Source: a bacterium BMS3Bbin05
GTDB lineage: Bacteria; Nitrospirota; Thermodesulfovibrionia; Thermodesulfovibrionales; BMS3Bbin05
DNA: 64,000 nt
Assembly (NCBI GenBank): GCA_002897855.1
Contig: BDTO01000080.1
Coordinates: forward strand, 5,623-69,622
Direction of reading: 5' to 3'
Shown here: in pieces, positions 47,427-55,593 of the stretch
How positions within the stretch are numbered: the first letter of the stretch is position 1
How the letters are laid out: each line of letters begins with the position of its first letter
The notes under the pieces: model-generated
Told to the model about the DNA's origin: nothing
What the model saw: only the letters and a program-made list of their open reading frames with translations
Databases searched by the model: none
Translations under genes and position numbers: made by a program

Positions 47427-48776
47427 ATGAAGAGGCTATTTGTCATTTTTGCTGCTTTATCATTTCTTATGTTTTTGGGAGGGTGCCAAAAGGCAAAGGA
47501 ACAGGCCTCGAAAGAGCCGATAAAGGTCGGGGTCATCCTTCCTCTTACAGGAAAACATGCAAAATTTGGTGAGATTGAGAAGAAGTCATTCCAAATGGCT
47601 GTCGAGGAGATCAACTCCGGACAGGGGGTGAACGGGAGAAAGATTCAACTCCTGATCGAGGATACTCAGGGCAAGCCTGATGTTGGTCGTTCTGCCGTTG
47701 AGAAGCTTATTACTCAGGATAAGGTTGTTATGATAGGGGGAGGATACAGTTCATCGGTAACCTATGCTGCGGCCGGCGTCGCCATTAATAAAGGATTTCC
47801 TTTTCTTGTCAACACCGGTTCTGCCGACAAGATTACGGAACCCTCGTCATTTACACCGAGCGGACAGAGGGTAGACAATCTGAAGAAGAATCTGAAAAAG
47901 GAAAAAGACAAGGCAAAAATAGCCGTGCTGAAGGAAGAGATAGCTGCACTGGAAAAAAAGAGCGCTGAAGAGTCCAGGAAACTGATGGACCGCTTTTCTA
48001 TTTTCAGGCTCAACCCGCCGGTAAGTGAATATGCCAGCGGGCTTGAGGGGTTCCTTGCAAAGGTAGTCAAGCCGAAGACAGCGGTCATACTGAATGAGAA
48101 CAGCCTTTTCGGTACAAAGGGGGCCAAGGCCTTCGAGAAGAGCTGCAAGAAACTTGGTATCAAGGTGTTGATGAAAGAGAGCTACGACGCCGGGGCTGTT
48201 GATTTTAAACCCCTTCTTGCCAAGGTAAAGGAGGCAAACCCTGACGTAGTATATATGATTTCCTATCTTATGGATGCATCATTGCTCATGCGCCAGTCAA
48301 TGGAGTTGAAGATGAATCCGAAGCTCTTTGCAGGTGCTGCTGCAGGTTTTACGCTACCTGAATTTGCCGAAAATGCAGGCAAGGCATCTGAGAAGGTTGT
48401 ATCTGCGACTCTCTGGCATGAGTCACTATCGATTCCCGGAGCCAGGGCATATTACGATAAATTCGTAAAGAGATATAACAAGCCTACCGAATACCATGGT
48501 GCAGAGGCCTATTCCGCGATGTACGTCATTGCCGACGTCCTGAAAAGGGCAAAATCATATAAGCCCGCAGACATAAAGAAGGCCCTTTCCGAAACAGATA
48601 TGATGACCGTATTCGGGCCTGTAAAGTTTACATCATACGGCAAGAAGATACACCAGAACAAACTCGAGACTTATGTGGTGCAGTGGATAAACGGCAAGCT
48701 TAAGATGATCTGGCCGGAGAACCTTGCCAAGGACAAATACGTCTATCCTGTCAACTGGATCAAGGAACGCCAGTAA
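47427..48776 (+). CDS. ABC transporter substrate-binding lipoprotein (LivK/branched-chain amino-acid type) with a ~50-aa Lys/Glu-rich insertion
   Basis: 449 aa. Lipobox FLGGC. Type-I periplasmic binding fold motifs (IKVGVILPLTG, GGGYSS). The extra segment is NLKKNLKKEKDKAKIAVLKEEIAALEKKSAEESRKL. Confidence 0.8.
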   Translation: MKRLFVIFAALSFLMFLGGCQKAKEQASKEPIKVGVILPLTGKHAKFGEIEKKSFQMAVEEINSGQGVNGRKIQLLIEDTQGKPDVGRSAVEKLITQDKVVMIGGGYSSSVTYAAAGVAINKGFPFLVNTGSADKITEPSSFTPSGQRVDNLKKNLKKEKDKAKIAVLKEEIAALEKKSAEESRKLMDRFSIFRLNPPVSEYASGLEGFLAKVVKPKTAVILNENSLFGTKGAKAFEKSCKKLGIKVLMKESYDAGAVDFKPLLAKVKEANPDVVYMISYLMDASLLMRQSMELKMNPKLFAGAAAGFTLPEFAENAGKASEKVVSATLWHESLSIPGARAYYDKFVKRYNKPTEYHGAEAYSAMYVIADVLKRAKSYKPADIKKALSETDMMTVFGPVKFTSYGKKIHQNKLETYVVQWINGKLKMIWPENLAKDKYVYPVNWIKERQ

Positions 48777-48783
48777 ATCCTTC

Positions 48784-48815
48784 AAAGGGCGCCCGGTAAA
48801 CAGGGCGCCCTTTTT
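48784..48815 (+). terminator. rho-independent terminator/attenuator between the binding-protein gene and livH
   Basis: A perfect 10-bp stem, aaagggcgcc / ggcgcccttt, with a 10-nt loop, followed by a T run. Confidence 0.75.
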
Positions 48816-48901
48816 ATCCCGACAAGGTCGGGGTTGGTACCATCCCGACGTATAGTCGTGATGGGGCTCCATAAAAAGTTACAGGACCGGTAGGTTTACT
48901 T

Positions 48902-49777
48902 ATGGATCTTTTTTTGCAGACGCTTGTATCGGGTTTTCTCAAGGGCGGTCTTTATGCACTTGTTGGTATAGGTATGACACTGATCATGGGTGTTATGGGT
49001 ATTATAAACCTTGCACACGGTCAGCTCATGATGGTGGCAATGTATGTTACGTTTGTATGCTTTACGTATCTCGGGATAGATCCCTATGTTTCGCTCCTGC
49101 TGTCAATGCCGATACTCTTCCTTATCGGCATTATAGTACAGAAGTATCTCCTTAATCCGCTTCTGAGAACTGAAACGATTCTTCCCGAAAACCAGGTTCT
49201 GATGACGGTAGGAATCGGTATGGTGCTGACGGAGGTTATGCGATTCATATTTACTTCGGATTATAAGTCAGTAAAGACCTCTTATTCGAATGCCACATTT
49301 TTCCTGGGTAATATATCTTTCAGTGTCCCCCTTTTAATTGATCTCGCATTTATAATTTTACTCACTCTGGGGCTTTTCTGGTTCCTTAACAGGACAGATA
49401 TCGGCAGATCTATCAGGGCTACTGCTCAGGATAAAGAAGCAGCAATTCTGATGGGAGTTAATTCAGAAAAGATAACATATATAACATTTGGTATAGGCGC
49501 CGCTCTTGTGGCCGCCGCCGGTACCCTTCTCGTCCCGGTTTATTACCTCTTCCCGGATATAGGCGGCGATTTTACCCGCAGGGCATTTATTATTTGTATT
49601 CTGGGTGGTCTTGGGTCCACGGTTGGTGCGATATTCGGCGGTATAACCCTTGGTCTTGCAGAGGCATTTGGCGCAACGTATGTTGCAATGGAATTTGAGG
49701 ATATAATCGGGCTGATAATCTTCATTATCGTACTTTTATTCCTGCCGGGCGGATTTAAAAGGCTTATAAAAATATGA
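48902..49777 (+). CDS. livH: branched-chain amino-acid ABC transporter permease
   Basis: 291 aa polytopic protein with the LivH-type motif INLAHG and a C-terminal GGLGS..GA..GG pattern. Confidence 0.85.
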   Translation: MDLFLQTLVSGFLKGGLYALVGIGMTLIMGVMGIINLAHGQLMMVAMYVTFVCFTYLGIDPYVSLLLSMPILFLIGIIVQKYLLNPLLRTETILPENQVLMTVGIGMVLTEVMRFIFTSDYKSVKTSYSNATFFLGNISFSVPLLIDLAFIILLTLGLFWFLNRTDIGRSIRATAQDKEAAILMGVNSEKITYITFGIGAALVAAAGTLLVPVYYLFPDIGGDFTRRAFIICILGGLGSTVGAIFGGITLGLAEAFGATYVAMEFEDIIGLIIFIIVLLFLPGGFKRLIKI

Positions 49778-49848
49778 TTAAAATTAAAACTGTCAGGCAT
49801 GCACAGAAGGGGAATAATAAAATATATTCCTTTTTATTACCCCAATTT

Positions 49849-49963
49849 AAATGGATAGCGAGCGTATACCCCGTGGTTTCATCACGGGGTAGAAAAAGCG
49901 AATATGATAAAATTTTTTTCCTTACATTAGATTCCCTGTGGTCTTGCCACAGGGAAGATCAAT
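49849..49963 (+). repeat. Dispersed repeat family 1, copy B
   Basis: Aligns end to end with 1395..1519, including both hairpins (ccccgtg/cacgggg and tccctgtgg/ccacaggga). Confidence 0.85.
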
Positions 49964-50031
49964 TAATCTGAGCGAGGAATATCTTTTAGTGAACATTAAA
50001 AAAGATTCTTTCTCATCCTAAGTGGGTGAAT

Positions 50032-50141
50032 GTAAGCCTGTCATGGTAAGCCTGTCATGGTGAGCTTGTCATGGTGAGCCTGTCATGGTGAGCCTGTCAT
50101 GGTGAGCCTGTCATGGTGAGCCTGTCATGGTGAGCTTGTCG
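50032..50141 (+). repeat. 14-bp tandem repeat array (gtRagcYtgtcatg, ~7.5 units)
   Basis: Seven head-to-tail units were counted directly, and the last runs into the GIY-YIG ORF start. The unit length is not a multiple of 3. Confidence 0.9.
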
Positions 50142-50411
50142 AACCATGGCAGTTATTATACTGGTGTAACCAACGATATAGAGGGTCGTTTCTATGAGCA
50201 TCAGGAAGGTCTCATTGAAGGATGTTACACCCATGATAAAAGACCTTTGAAATTAATGCATGTTGAAGAATTTACAGATATTATAGAAGCAATCTCCAGG
50301 GAGAAACAGATAAAAGGCTGGTCAAGAAGAAAAAAAGAGGCTATAATCGCTGGAGATTATGAAGAGTTGGCAGAATTATCTAAAAGCCACCCTTCGACAA
50401 GCTCAGGGTGA
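50127..50411 (+). CDS. small GIY-YIG-superfamily nuclease-like protein, N-terminally truncated by the repeat array
   Basis: 94 aa. GSYYTGVTNDIEGRFYEHQEG...REKQIKGWSRRKKEAII matches the stand-alone GIY-YIG family from the YIG motif onward. The first strand with the GIY Tyr is missing, and an in-frame stop lies at 50103. Confidence 0.7.
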   Translation: MVSLSNHGSYYTGVTNDIEGRFYEHQEGLIEGCYTHDKRPLKLMHVEEFTDIIEAISREKQIKGWSRRKKEAIIAGDYEELAELSKSHPSTSSG

Positions 50412-50607
50412 CAGTTTTTAAGCTCAGGGTGACAGTTTTTAAGCTCAGGGTGACAGTTTTTAAGCTCAGGGTGACAGTTTTTAAGCTCAGGGTGACAGTT
50501 TTTAAGCTCAGGGTGACAGTTTTTACTCACAGGGAGACAGTTTTTACCCACAGGGAGACAGTTTTTACCCACAGGGAGACAGTTTTTTACCCTCAGGGTG
50601 ATAGTTT
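50399..50607 (+). repeat. 21-bp tandem repeat array (aagctcagggtgacagttttt x6, then acYcacagggagacagttttt x3, plus a degenerate unit)
   Basis: Counted directly. The array starts inside the last codons of the GIY-YIG ORF and ends at the livM start region. Confidence 0.9.
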
Positions 50608-50618
50608 ACCCATTTGAA

Positions 50619-51623
50619 ATGAGAAAGAACATTAAAAAAGTTACCCCCGTAATAGTCCTTGTGATACTTGTATTATTCCCGCTTGTGGTGAATGAGTACT
50701 ATCAGCACCTGATGATACTCGTGCTCATGTGGGTGGTGATAGGTTCTGCATGGAACCTGATAGCCGGCTATACGGGGCAGGTTTCGTTTGGTGATGCCGC
50801 TTTTTTCGGAACCGGTGCATACACGGCCGGTCTTCTGGTTACGAAGTTGGGTTTGTCGGCCTGGTGGGGCCTTATACTTGGCGGTATTTCAGCATCTCTT
50901 ATAGCCCTGCCGTTTGGCTGGATATGTTTCAGGCTAAGAGGTGCATATTTTGCTCTTGCGACACTTGCACTTAATGAGGTTATGCGCCATGTGGCGACTA
51001 TTTGGGAGGATTTTACGGGGGGGATGGTTGGCATCCTGACCTTACAGTCATTTGTTTCAAAACTTCCGTATTACTATATAGCACTTGGACTGGCAGTTAT
51101 TGCCATTGTTGTTATCAGGCTGGTTATGCATTCCAAACTGGGTTACTATTTCCTCTCGATTCGTGAAGACCAGGATGCAGCAGAAAGCCTTGGTATAAAT
51201 ACGCACCATTACAAGATGATATCCCTCGTAATTGCAGCGGCACTTACGGGTGTTGCAGGTGCACTCTATATGAATTACATGGGTTTCATTGATCCGCACG
51301 TGGTCTTTTCCCTGCACGATATATCCATTATGGCAATCCTGGTCGGTATTGTGGGAGGAGTGGGAACTCAATATGGTCCCGCAGTTGGTGCTTTTGTGAT
51401 GGTTGCGGTTCAGGAAATGTTCAGAACGGGCGGATTCGGCCTGGTCTCAAAGATTGCGCGGGCCAGTGGCTCCGATCTGCTAATCAGTATATCCGATATG
51501 ATCTCGAAGGCGCATGTAATGGGTTTCGGAATTCTTGTTGTAATTGCGATTCTGTTCATGCCAAATGGCATTGTCGGTGACTGGAAAAAGATTATCGGGC
51601 TTTTTTCGCGAAAGACACAGTGA
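50619..51623 (+). CDS. livM: branched-chain amino-acid ABC transporter permease
   Basis: Polytopic LivM-type motifs (GYTGQVSFGDAAFFGTGAY). The track start (GTG 50598) lies in the repeat array; the ATG at 50619 (MRKNIKK..) is preferred. Confidence 0.85.
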   Translation: MRKNIKKVTPVIVLVILVLFPLVVNEYYQHLMILVLMWVVIGSAWNLIAGYTGQVSFGDAAFFGTGAYTAGLLVTKLGLSAWWGLILGGISASLIALPFGWICFRLRGAYFALATLALNEVMRHVATIWEDFTGGMVGILTLQSFVSKLPYYYIALGLAVIAIVVIRLVMHSKLGYYFLSIREDQDAAESLGINTHHYKMISLVIAAALTGVAGALYMNYMGFIDPHVVFSLHDISIMAILVGIVGGVGTQYGPAVGAFVMVAVQEMFRTGGFGLVSKIARASGSDLLISISDMISKAHVMGFGILVVIAILFMPNGIVGDWKKIIGLFSRKTQ

Positions 51624-51632
51624 GGCTGGTAA

Positions 51633-52355
51633 TTGAGTTTTCTTAAGGTTAAAAATATAATCAAGAATTTCGGCGGGTTGACCGCAATTAATGATGTGAG
51701 TTTTGAGGTAGGACGCGGAGAAATAGTGGGGCTTATCGGGCCGAACGGGGCCGGTAAAACAACACTTTTTAATGTGGTGAATGGTTTTTACAGACCAACC
51801 AGAGGTGAGGTGTTTTTCAGAGGGAAGAAGGTGTCCGGACTAAAACCGCACAGGCTCTGCAAAATGGGGATTGCGAGGACCTTCCAGGTTGTCAAGCCGC
51901 TCCAGAGGCTGAGCGTAATGGATAATGTAGTTGCTTCGGCATTTGTGAGGGCAGCTACCAAGCGCAGGGCTGAAGAGATAGCGGAGGAAGCGCTCAGGTT
52001 TACACGGTTATACGAGGACCGCAATATAGTATCCAGGGGTCTCCCGCTTGGGAAGCGAAAGAGGCTTGAAATAACCAGGGCACTTGCCACACAACCGGAG
52101 TTGCTGCTTCTTGACGAATCTTTTGCAGGACTGAATCCTTCCGAGCTGAATGATTCTATAGAGATAATAAAGGCAATCAGGGAGAAAGGTATAACCATAC
52201 TGATAATTGAGCACCACATGAAGGTAATCATGTCAATCTCTGACAGGATTGTCGTTATCAACTATGGAGAGAAGATAGCCGAGGGGACTCCTGCGGAGAT
52301 CGGGAATAATCCCGGGGTTATCGAGGCATATCTGGGTGAGGTGCATAATGCTTGA
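51633..52355 (+). CDS. livG: branched-chain amino-acid ABC transporter ATP-binding protein
   Basis: 240 aa. Walker A GPNGAGKTT, LLLDESFAGLNP (signature/Walker B region). TTG start. Confidence 0.9.
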   Translation: MSFLKVKNIIKNFGGLTAINDVSFEVGRGEIVGLIGPNGAGKTTLFNVVNGFYRPTRGEVFFRGKKVSGLKPHRLCKMGIARTFQVVKPLQRLSVMDNVVASAFVRAATKRRAEEIAEEALRFTRLYEDRNIVSRGLPLGKRKRLEITRALATQPELLLLDESFAGLNPSELNDSIEIIKAIREKGITILIIEHHMKVIMSISDRIVVINYGEKIAEGTPAEIGNNPGVIEAYLGEVHNA

Positions 52356-53052
52356 GATATCCAATATAGATGTTTCATATGGCGATGTGCAGGTGATCTG
52401 GGATGTTTCGTTCGTGGTCAGGCAGGCTGAGGTGGTTGCTCTTATCGGAGCTAACGGGGCCGGGAAGTCCACGATACTTAAGACTATCTCCGGCTTGCTA
52501 AGACCCAAAAAAGGCGGAATACTGTTTGAGGGGAAGGCGATTCATAATGTAAAACCCTACAATCTGATCGAGTTGGGCATTGCTCATGTGCCTGAGGGAA
52601 GGAGGCTCTTTTCAGATATGACGGTTGAGGAAAATCTCGATATGGGATCCCTTAAGGGGGATGCGAAGGATAAGAGGCCGGAGACGAAAGAGATGGTCTT
52701 TGACCTTTTCCCGAGACTGAAAGAGAGGAGAAAGCAGGCTACAGGGACATTAAGCGGAGGTGAGCAACAGATGGTTGCTGTCGGAAGAGGTCTCATGTCG
52801 AGGCCGAGGCTTATCATGTTCGATGAACCATCGCTTGGTCTTGCACCCATACTTGTCAAAGATATCTTTAATGTTATAAATAAAATCAGGGAGGAGGGGA
52901 CTACCGTCCTGATCGTTGAACAAAATGTGAAACAGACACTGGCGACAGCCGACAGAGCCTATGTGCTTGAAAACGGAAGGGTAGTCATTGAAGGAACAGG
53001 TGAATCTCTACTGGGGAATGAACATGTAAAAACGGCTTATCTGGGAGTTTAG
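52348..53052 (+). CDS. livF: branched-chain amino-acid ABC transporter ATP-binding protein
   Basis: Walker A GANGAGKST, signature LSGGEQQM, Walker B LIMFDEPS. The ATG at 52348 (MLEISNIDVSYG) is preferred to the listed GTG at 52336. Confidence 0.9.
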   Translation: MLEISNIDVSYGDVQVIWDVSFVVRQAEVVALIGANGAGKSTILKTISGLLRPKKGGILFEGKAIHNVKPYNLIELGIAHVPEGRRLFSDMTVEENLDMGSLKGDAKDKRPETKEMVFDLFPRLKERRKQATGTLSGGEQQMVAVGRGLMSRPRLIMFDEPSLGLAPILVKDIFNVINKIREEGTTVLIVEQNVKQTLATADRAYVLENGRVVIEGTGESLLGNEHVKTAYLGV

Positions 53053-53298
53053 ACCTGTTGCAGGTTTCAGAATGCAGGCTGCAGTTTAGTTTTGAATTGC
53101 GAGGATGCTTGCTGAATGACCGGCATCTTGAAACGGCGATGAAAGCAGGCTATCCAATAATTATTCCGGTTCATCCGGCTTTTGTGTGGGTAAGTAGCAG
53201 GGCAATATAATTTTTCCCCCTTTGAAAAAGGGTGCTTGACTAAAGTGTTTCTATGGCGTGCAACTTGAAACATGTAACTTGATGCAGGGGGTGAGTTT

Positions 53299-53943
53299 AT
53301 GTTTGTCTCTGACTGGATGACAAAAAGGGTTTTTACTGTTTCACCGGATGACAGCATTTCCGATGCTGCCAGGCTGCTAAAAGAAAAAGGCATCAAACAT
53401 ATTCCGGTAGTAAAGGGCGAAAAGATCAGGGGTATCCTTTCCGACAGGGATATAAAGGAATATGTTCCTTCAAAAGCCACCAGCCTTGATGTCTATGAGC
53501 TCCACTATCTGCTTTCCAAGACCAGGGTCAGGGAAGTAATGAAGTCCGATGTAATAACCGTTTCCCCGGACATTCCAATTGAAGAAGCCGCAATGATAAT
53601 GTACGACAATTGTATAGGATGCCTGCCGGTAGTTGACCGAAAGAGGCTTGCAGGCATTATATCCGACCGCGATATCTTCCGTGTGCTGGTCGACATTACC
53701 GGGATCAGGCATGGCGGCCACAGGATTTCTTCGATAATAGAGGATAAACCCGGGTCTATAAAGGTTCTTGCCGACATTATAAGGAAGCACGGATTCAGCC
53801 TTCAGAGTATACTGACATCTTACGAGGGTGCCGGGGCAGGTTACAGGAATGTAGTCATCAGGACAAAGAATAAGGGGAATTTCAGGGCGTTAAAAGAAGA
53901 GCTTGAAGGGGACTACGGCAAGATAGAGATCATTAAGGGATAA
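53299..53943 (+). CDS. CBS-pair protein with C-terminal ACT-like domain (AcuB-like)
   Basis: 214 aa. Two CBS motifs (VSDWMTKRVFTVSPD...HIPVV..GKIRGILSDRDI; VREVMKSDVITVSPD..LPVVD..LAGIISDRDI). Confidence 0.75.
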   Translation: MFVSDWMTKRVFTVSPDDSISDAARLLKEKGIKHIPVVKGEKIRGILSDRDIKEYVPSKATSLDVYELHYLLSKTRVREVMKSDVITVSPDIPIEEAAMIMYDNCIGCLPVVDRKRLAGIISDRDIFRVLVDITGIRHGGHRISSIIEDKPGSIKVLADIIRKHGFSLQSILTSYEGAGAGYRNVVIRTKNKGNFRALKEELEGDYGKIEIIKG

Positions 53944-53972
53944 TAGGATGAAGAATAATACGAGTCTTTCTC

Positions 53973-54126
53973 TATTTAGTGTCTGTGTATAAACTGCCGT
54001 TTTTTATTTGCGTCATGTCCCGCAAGCGTTCGGGGCATCCGGAACTTATTGAAAAGAATAGATTCCGGCTTAAGGACTGCCGGAATGACAGATAGAGATG
54101 CTGACTTTATACACAGAGTCTATTTA
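53973..54126 (-). mobile_element. MITE-like element, copy 3 (inverted relative to copies 1-2)
   Basis: tatttAGTGTCTGTGTATAAA ... TTTATACACAGAGTCTattta. The internal sequence is the reverse complement of copy 2. Confidence 0.8.
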
Positions 54127-54275
54127 GAGTCTGTCCATAAATTGCCATTTTTTATTTTTGTCATGCTCGAAATCTTTAATCGGGCATCCAGAACTTATTG
54201 AAAAGACTGGATTCCGGCTTAAGGACTGCCGGAATGACAGATAGAGAGACTGACTTTATGGACAGACTCTATTTA
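54121..54275 (-). mobile_element. MITE-like element, copy 4, abutting copy 3 and sharing the 6-bp tattta junction
   Basis: tatttAGAGTCTGTCCATAAA ... TTTATGGACAGACTCTattta. The TIR variants (CC/GG) are compensatory between its two ends. Confidence 0.8.
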
Positions 54276-54502
54276 TATTATTTGAGGTCTCACTTTATTT
54301 CAGCCGTATTTTAAATGCTTGTTGCCCTGTGCGTTGTTTTATTGAGGGAGTTGTTAAGGGGCTGTTGCCCAAATATGAAAATGCCCTTACTGTCATTCTG
54401 AACTTGATTCAGAATCTAATAAAAACAATGAGGTACGAGACCCTGAAACAAGTTCAGGGTGACAATAAACAAGTTCAGGGTGACAATTTATGGTTTGGGC
54501 AA

Positions 54503-54747
54503 CAGCCCGTTAATGAATGACCTAAAAGCCGATCAGTAATTGATGTACAAGGTTTTCAATGTCCTTTGCCTGATCTAAGGGTTAAAAAGGCGCTGGATTG
54601 TGTTAAGTCAGGTCAGGTCCGCGGGGTAATCTCATCTGATCCGGGTTCACGGTCAGATATTACCGCCTTGTTAAAAGACCCGGCCATGGTCTGGTTGATA
54701 CAGTAGAGGCCGCAGGCAGGATAAATTTTTTTATAACAAAGAAGTGA
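54503..54747 (+). pseudogene. TusA/SirA-like gene disrupted by at least two frameshifts
   Basis: My translation falls in three frames: MNDLKADQ* | VIDVQGFQCPLPDLRVKKALDCVKSGQVRGVISSDPGSRSDITAL.. | ..KRPGHGLVDTVEAAGRINFFITKK*. Together these rebuild a complete TusA pattern (D.(R/Q)G..CP.P ... G..L.V..DP....DI......GH.L). It could also be an assembly error. Confidence 0.5.
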
Positions 54748-54888
54748 TCCATCGTAAAAAATTCCCGACGTTTATTGATAATTTTCTTACATTATTCTTA
54801 TATGGCAACTTATAGCCGGCTTATAACATATGTAGTGTAATATAACGTAAATATTGACTTTGCAGCGATATAATGCTATATTTTCCAT

Positions 54889-55593
54889 ATGTGTAGGGTA
54901 TTATTATTTTTTATATTTATTTTTTTCATGTACATTCCTGCAAACGCTGATATCTATAAGTATAAAACTGAAGATGGAACTGTTGTTTATACAGACACTC
55001 CGTTGGGAAAAAATGCTTCCCTCATACTCAAGAGCAGAAAATCCCCTGCGGATGCGTTTAACGGTAAATACAGGAAATTATATAAGAATATAAGAAAGTA
55101 TTATCCTATTGTTAAAAAAAGGGCAAAAGAGTACTCGGTTGACCCTGATCTTATAAGAGCCATGATTACGGTTGAATCCAACTGGTTTCCAATGGCGATA
55201 TCTTCAAAAGGCGCTATGGGGCTGATGCAACTCATGCCCCGTACCGCAAAGGCCCTGGAGGTGAATAACCCTTTCGACCCCGACGAGAATATCGACGGGG
55301 GGATCAAGTATTTCAGAATGCTTCTTGACCTGTTTAAGGGCAATCTGCGATACGCCCTTGCAGCTTATAATTCCGGACCGACAAGGGTAAGGAGCGATTC
55401 CTATTTCCCCGAAGGATCGGAGACGAGGAGATATGTTGTGAAGGTCCTGTCGATTTATGGTGGCGAGGATAAGTTTGAGTATATCCCTCTTCGGAGGGAC
55501 CTGCATCCAAAACCGATTTACAGGCTGGTACTTGAAGACGGTACGCTGCTCTTTACCGATACCCCTCATCTTTCCGGTGGTACAAATTTTTAA
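54889..55593 (+). CDS. secreted lytic transglycosylase (SLT domain) flanked by DUF4124-like segments
   Basis: 234 aa with a signal peptide ending ANA. IYKYKTEDGTVVYTDTP (DUF4124-like). SLT motifs ESNW..AIS..GAMGLMQLMP and AAYNSGP. A C-terminal IYRLVLEDGTLLFTDTP repeat. Confidence 0.8.
   Translation: MCRVLLFFIFIFFMYIPANADIYKYKTEDGTVVYTDTPLGKNASLILKSRKSPADAFNGKYRKLYKNIRKYYPIVKKRAKEYSVDPDLIRAMITVESNWFPMAISSKGAMGLMQLMPRTAKALEVNNPFDPDENIDGGIKYFRMLLDLFKGNLRYALAAYNSGPTRVRSDSYFPEGSETRRYVVKVLSIYGGEDKFEYIPLRRDLHPKPIYRLVLEDGTLLFTDTPHLSGGTNF

Noticed and set aside
50032-50607. Possible CRISPR array
   Set aside because: The units are contiguous with no unique spacers, are only 14 and 21 bp long, and no cas genes are present. 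These are plain tandem repeats.
50357-50617. ORFs encoding perfect heptapeptide repeats (KNCHPEL x n on the minus strand; VTVFKLR x n on the plus strand)
   Set aside because: Both are translations of the 21-bp tandem DNA array, and being open in several frames is expected for a 7-codon unit. Neither has a plausible start context, so I treat them as non-coding repeats.
53067-53480. 137-aa minus-strand ORF
   Set aside because: It overlaps the start of the CBS-domain gene and the livF-CBS spacer. It has no motif or SD, and its composition is atypical.
54329-54520. 63-aa + strand ORF (..VILNLIQNLIKTMRYETLKQVQGDNKQVQGDN..)
   Set aside because: It is composed of an inverted-repeat element and the duplicated 21-mer. 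This peptide pattern is the usual translation artefact of such repeats.
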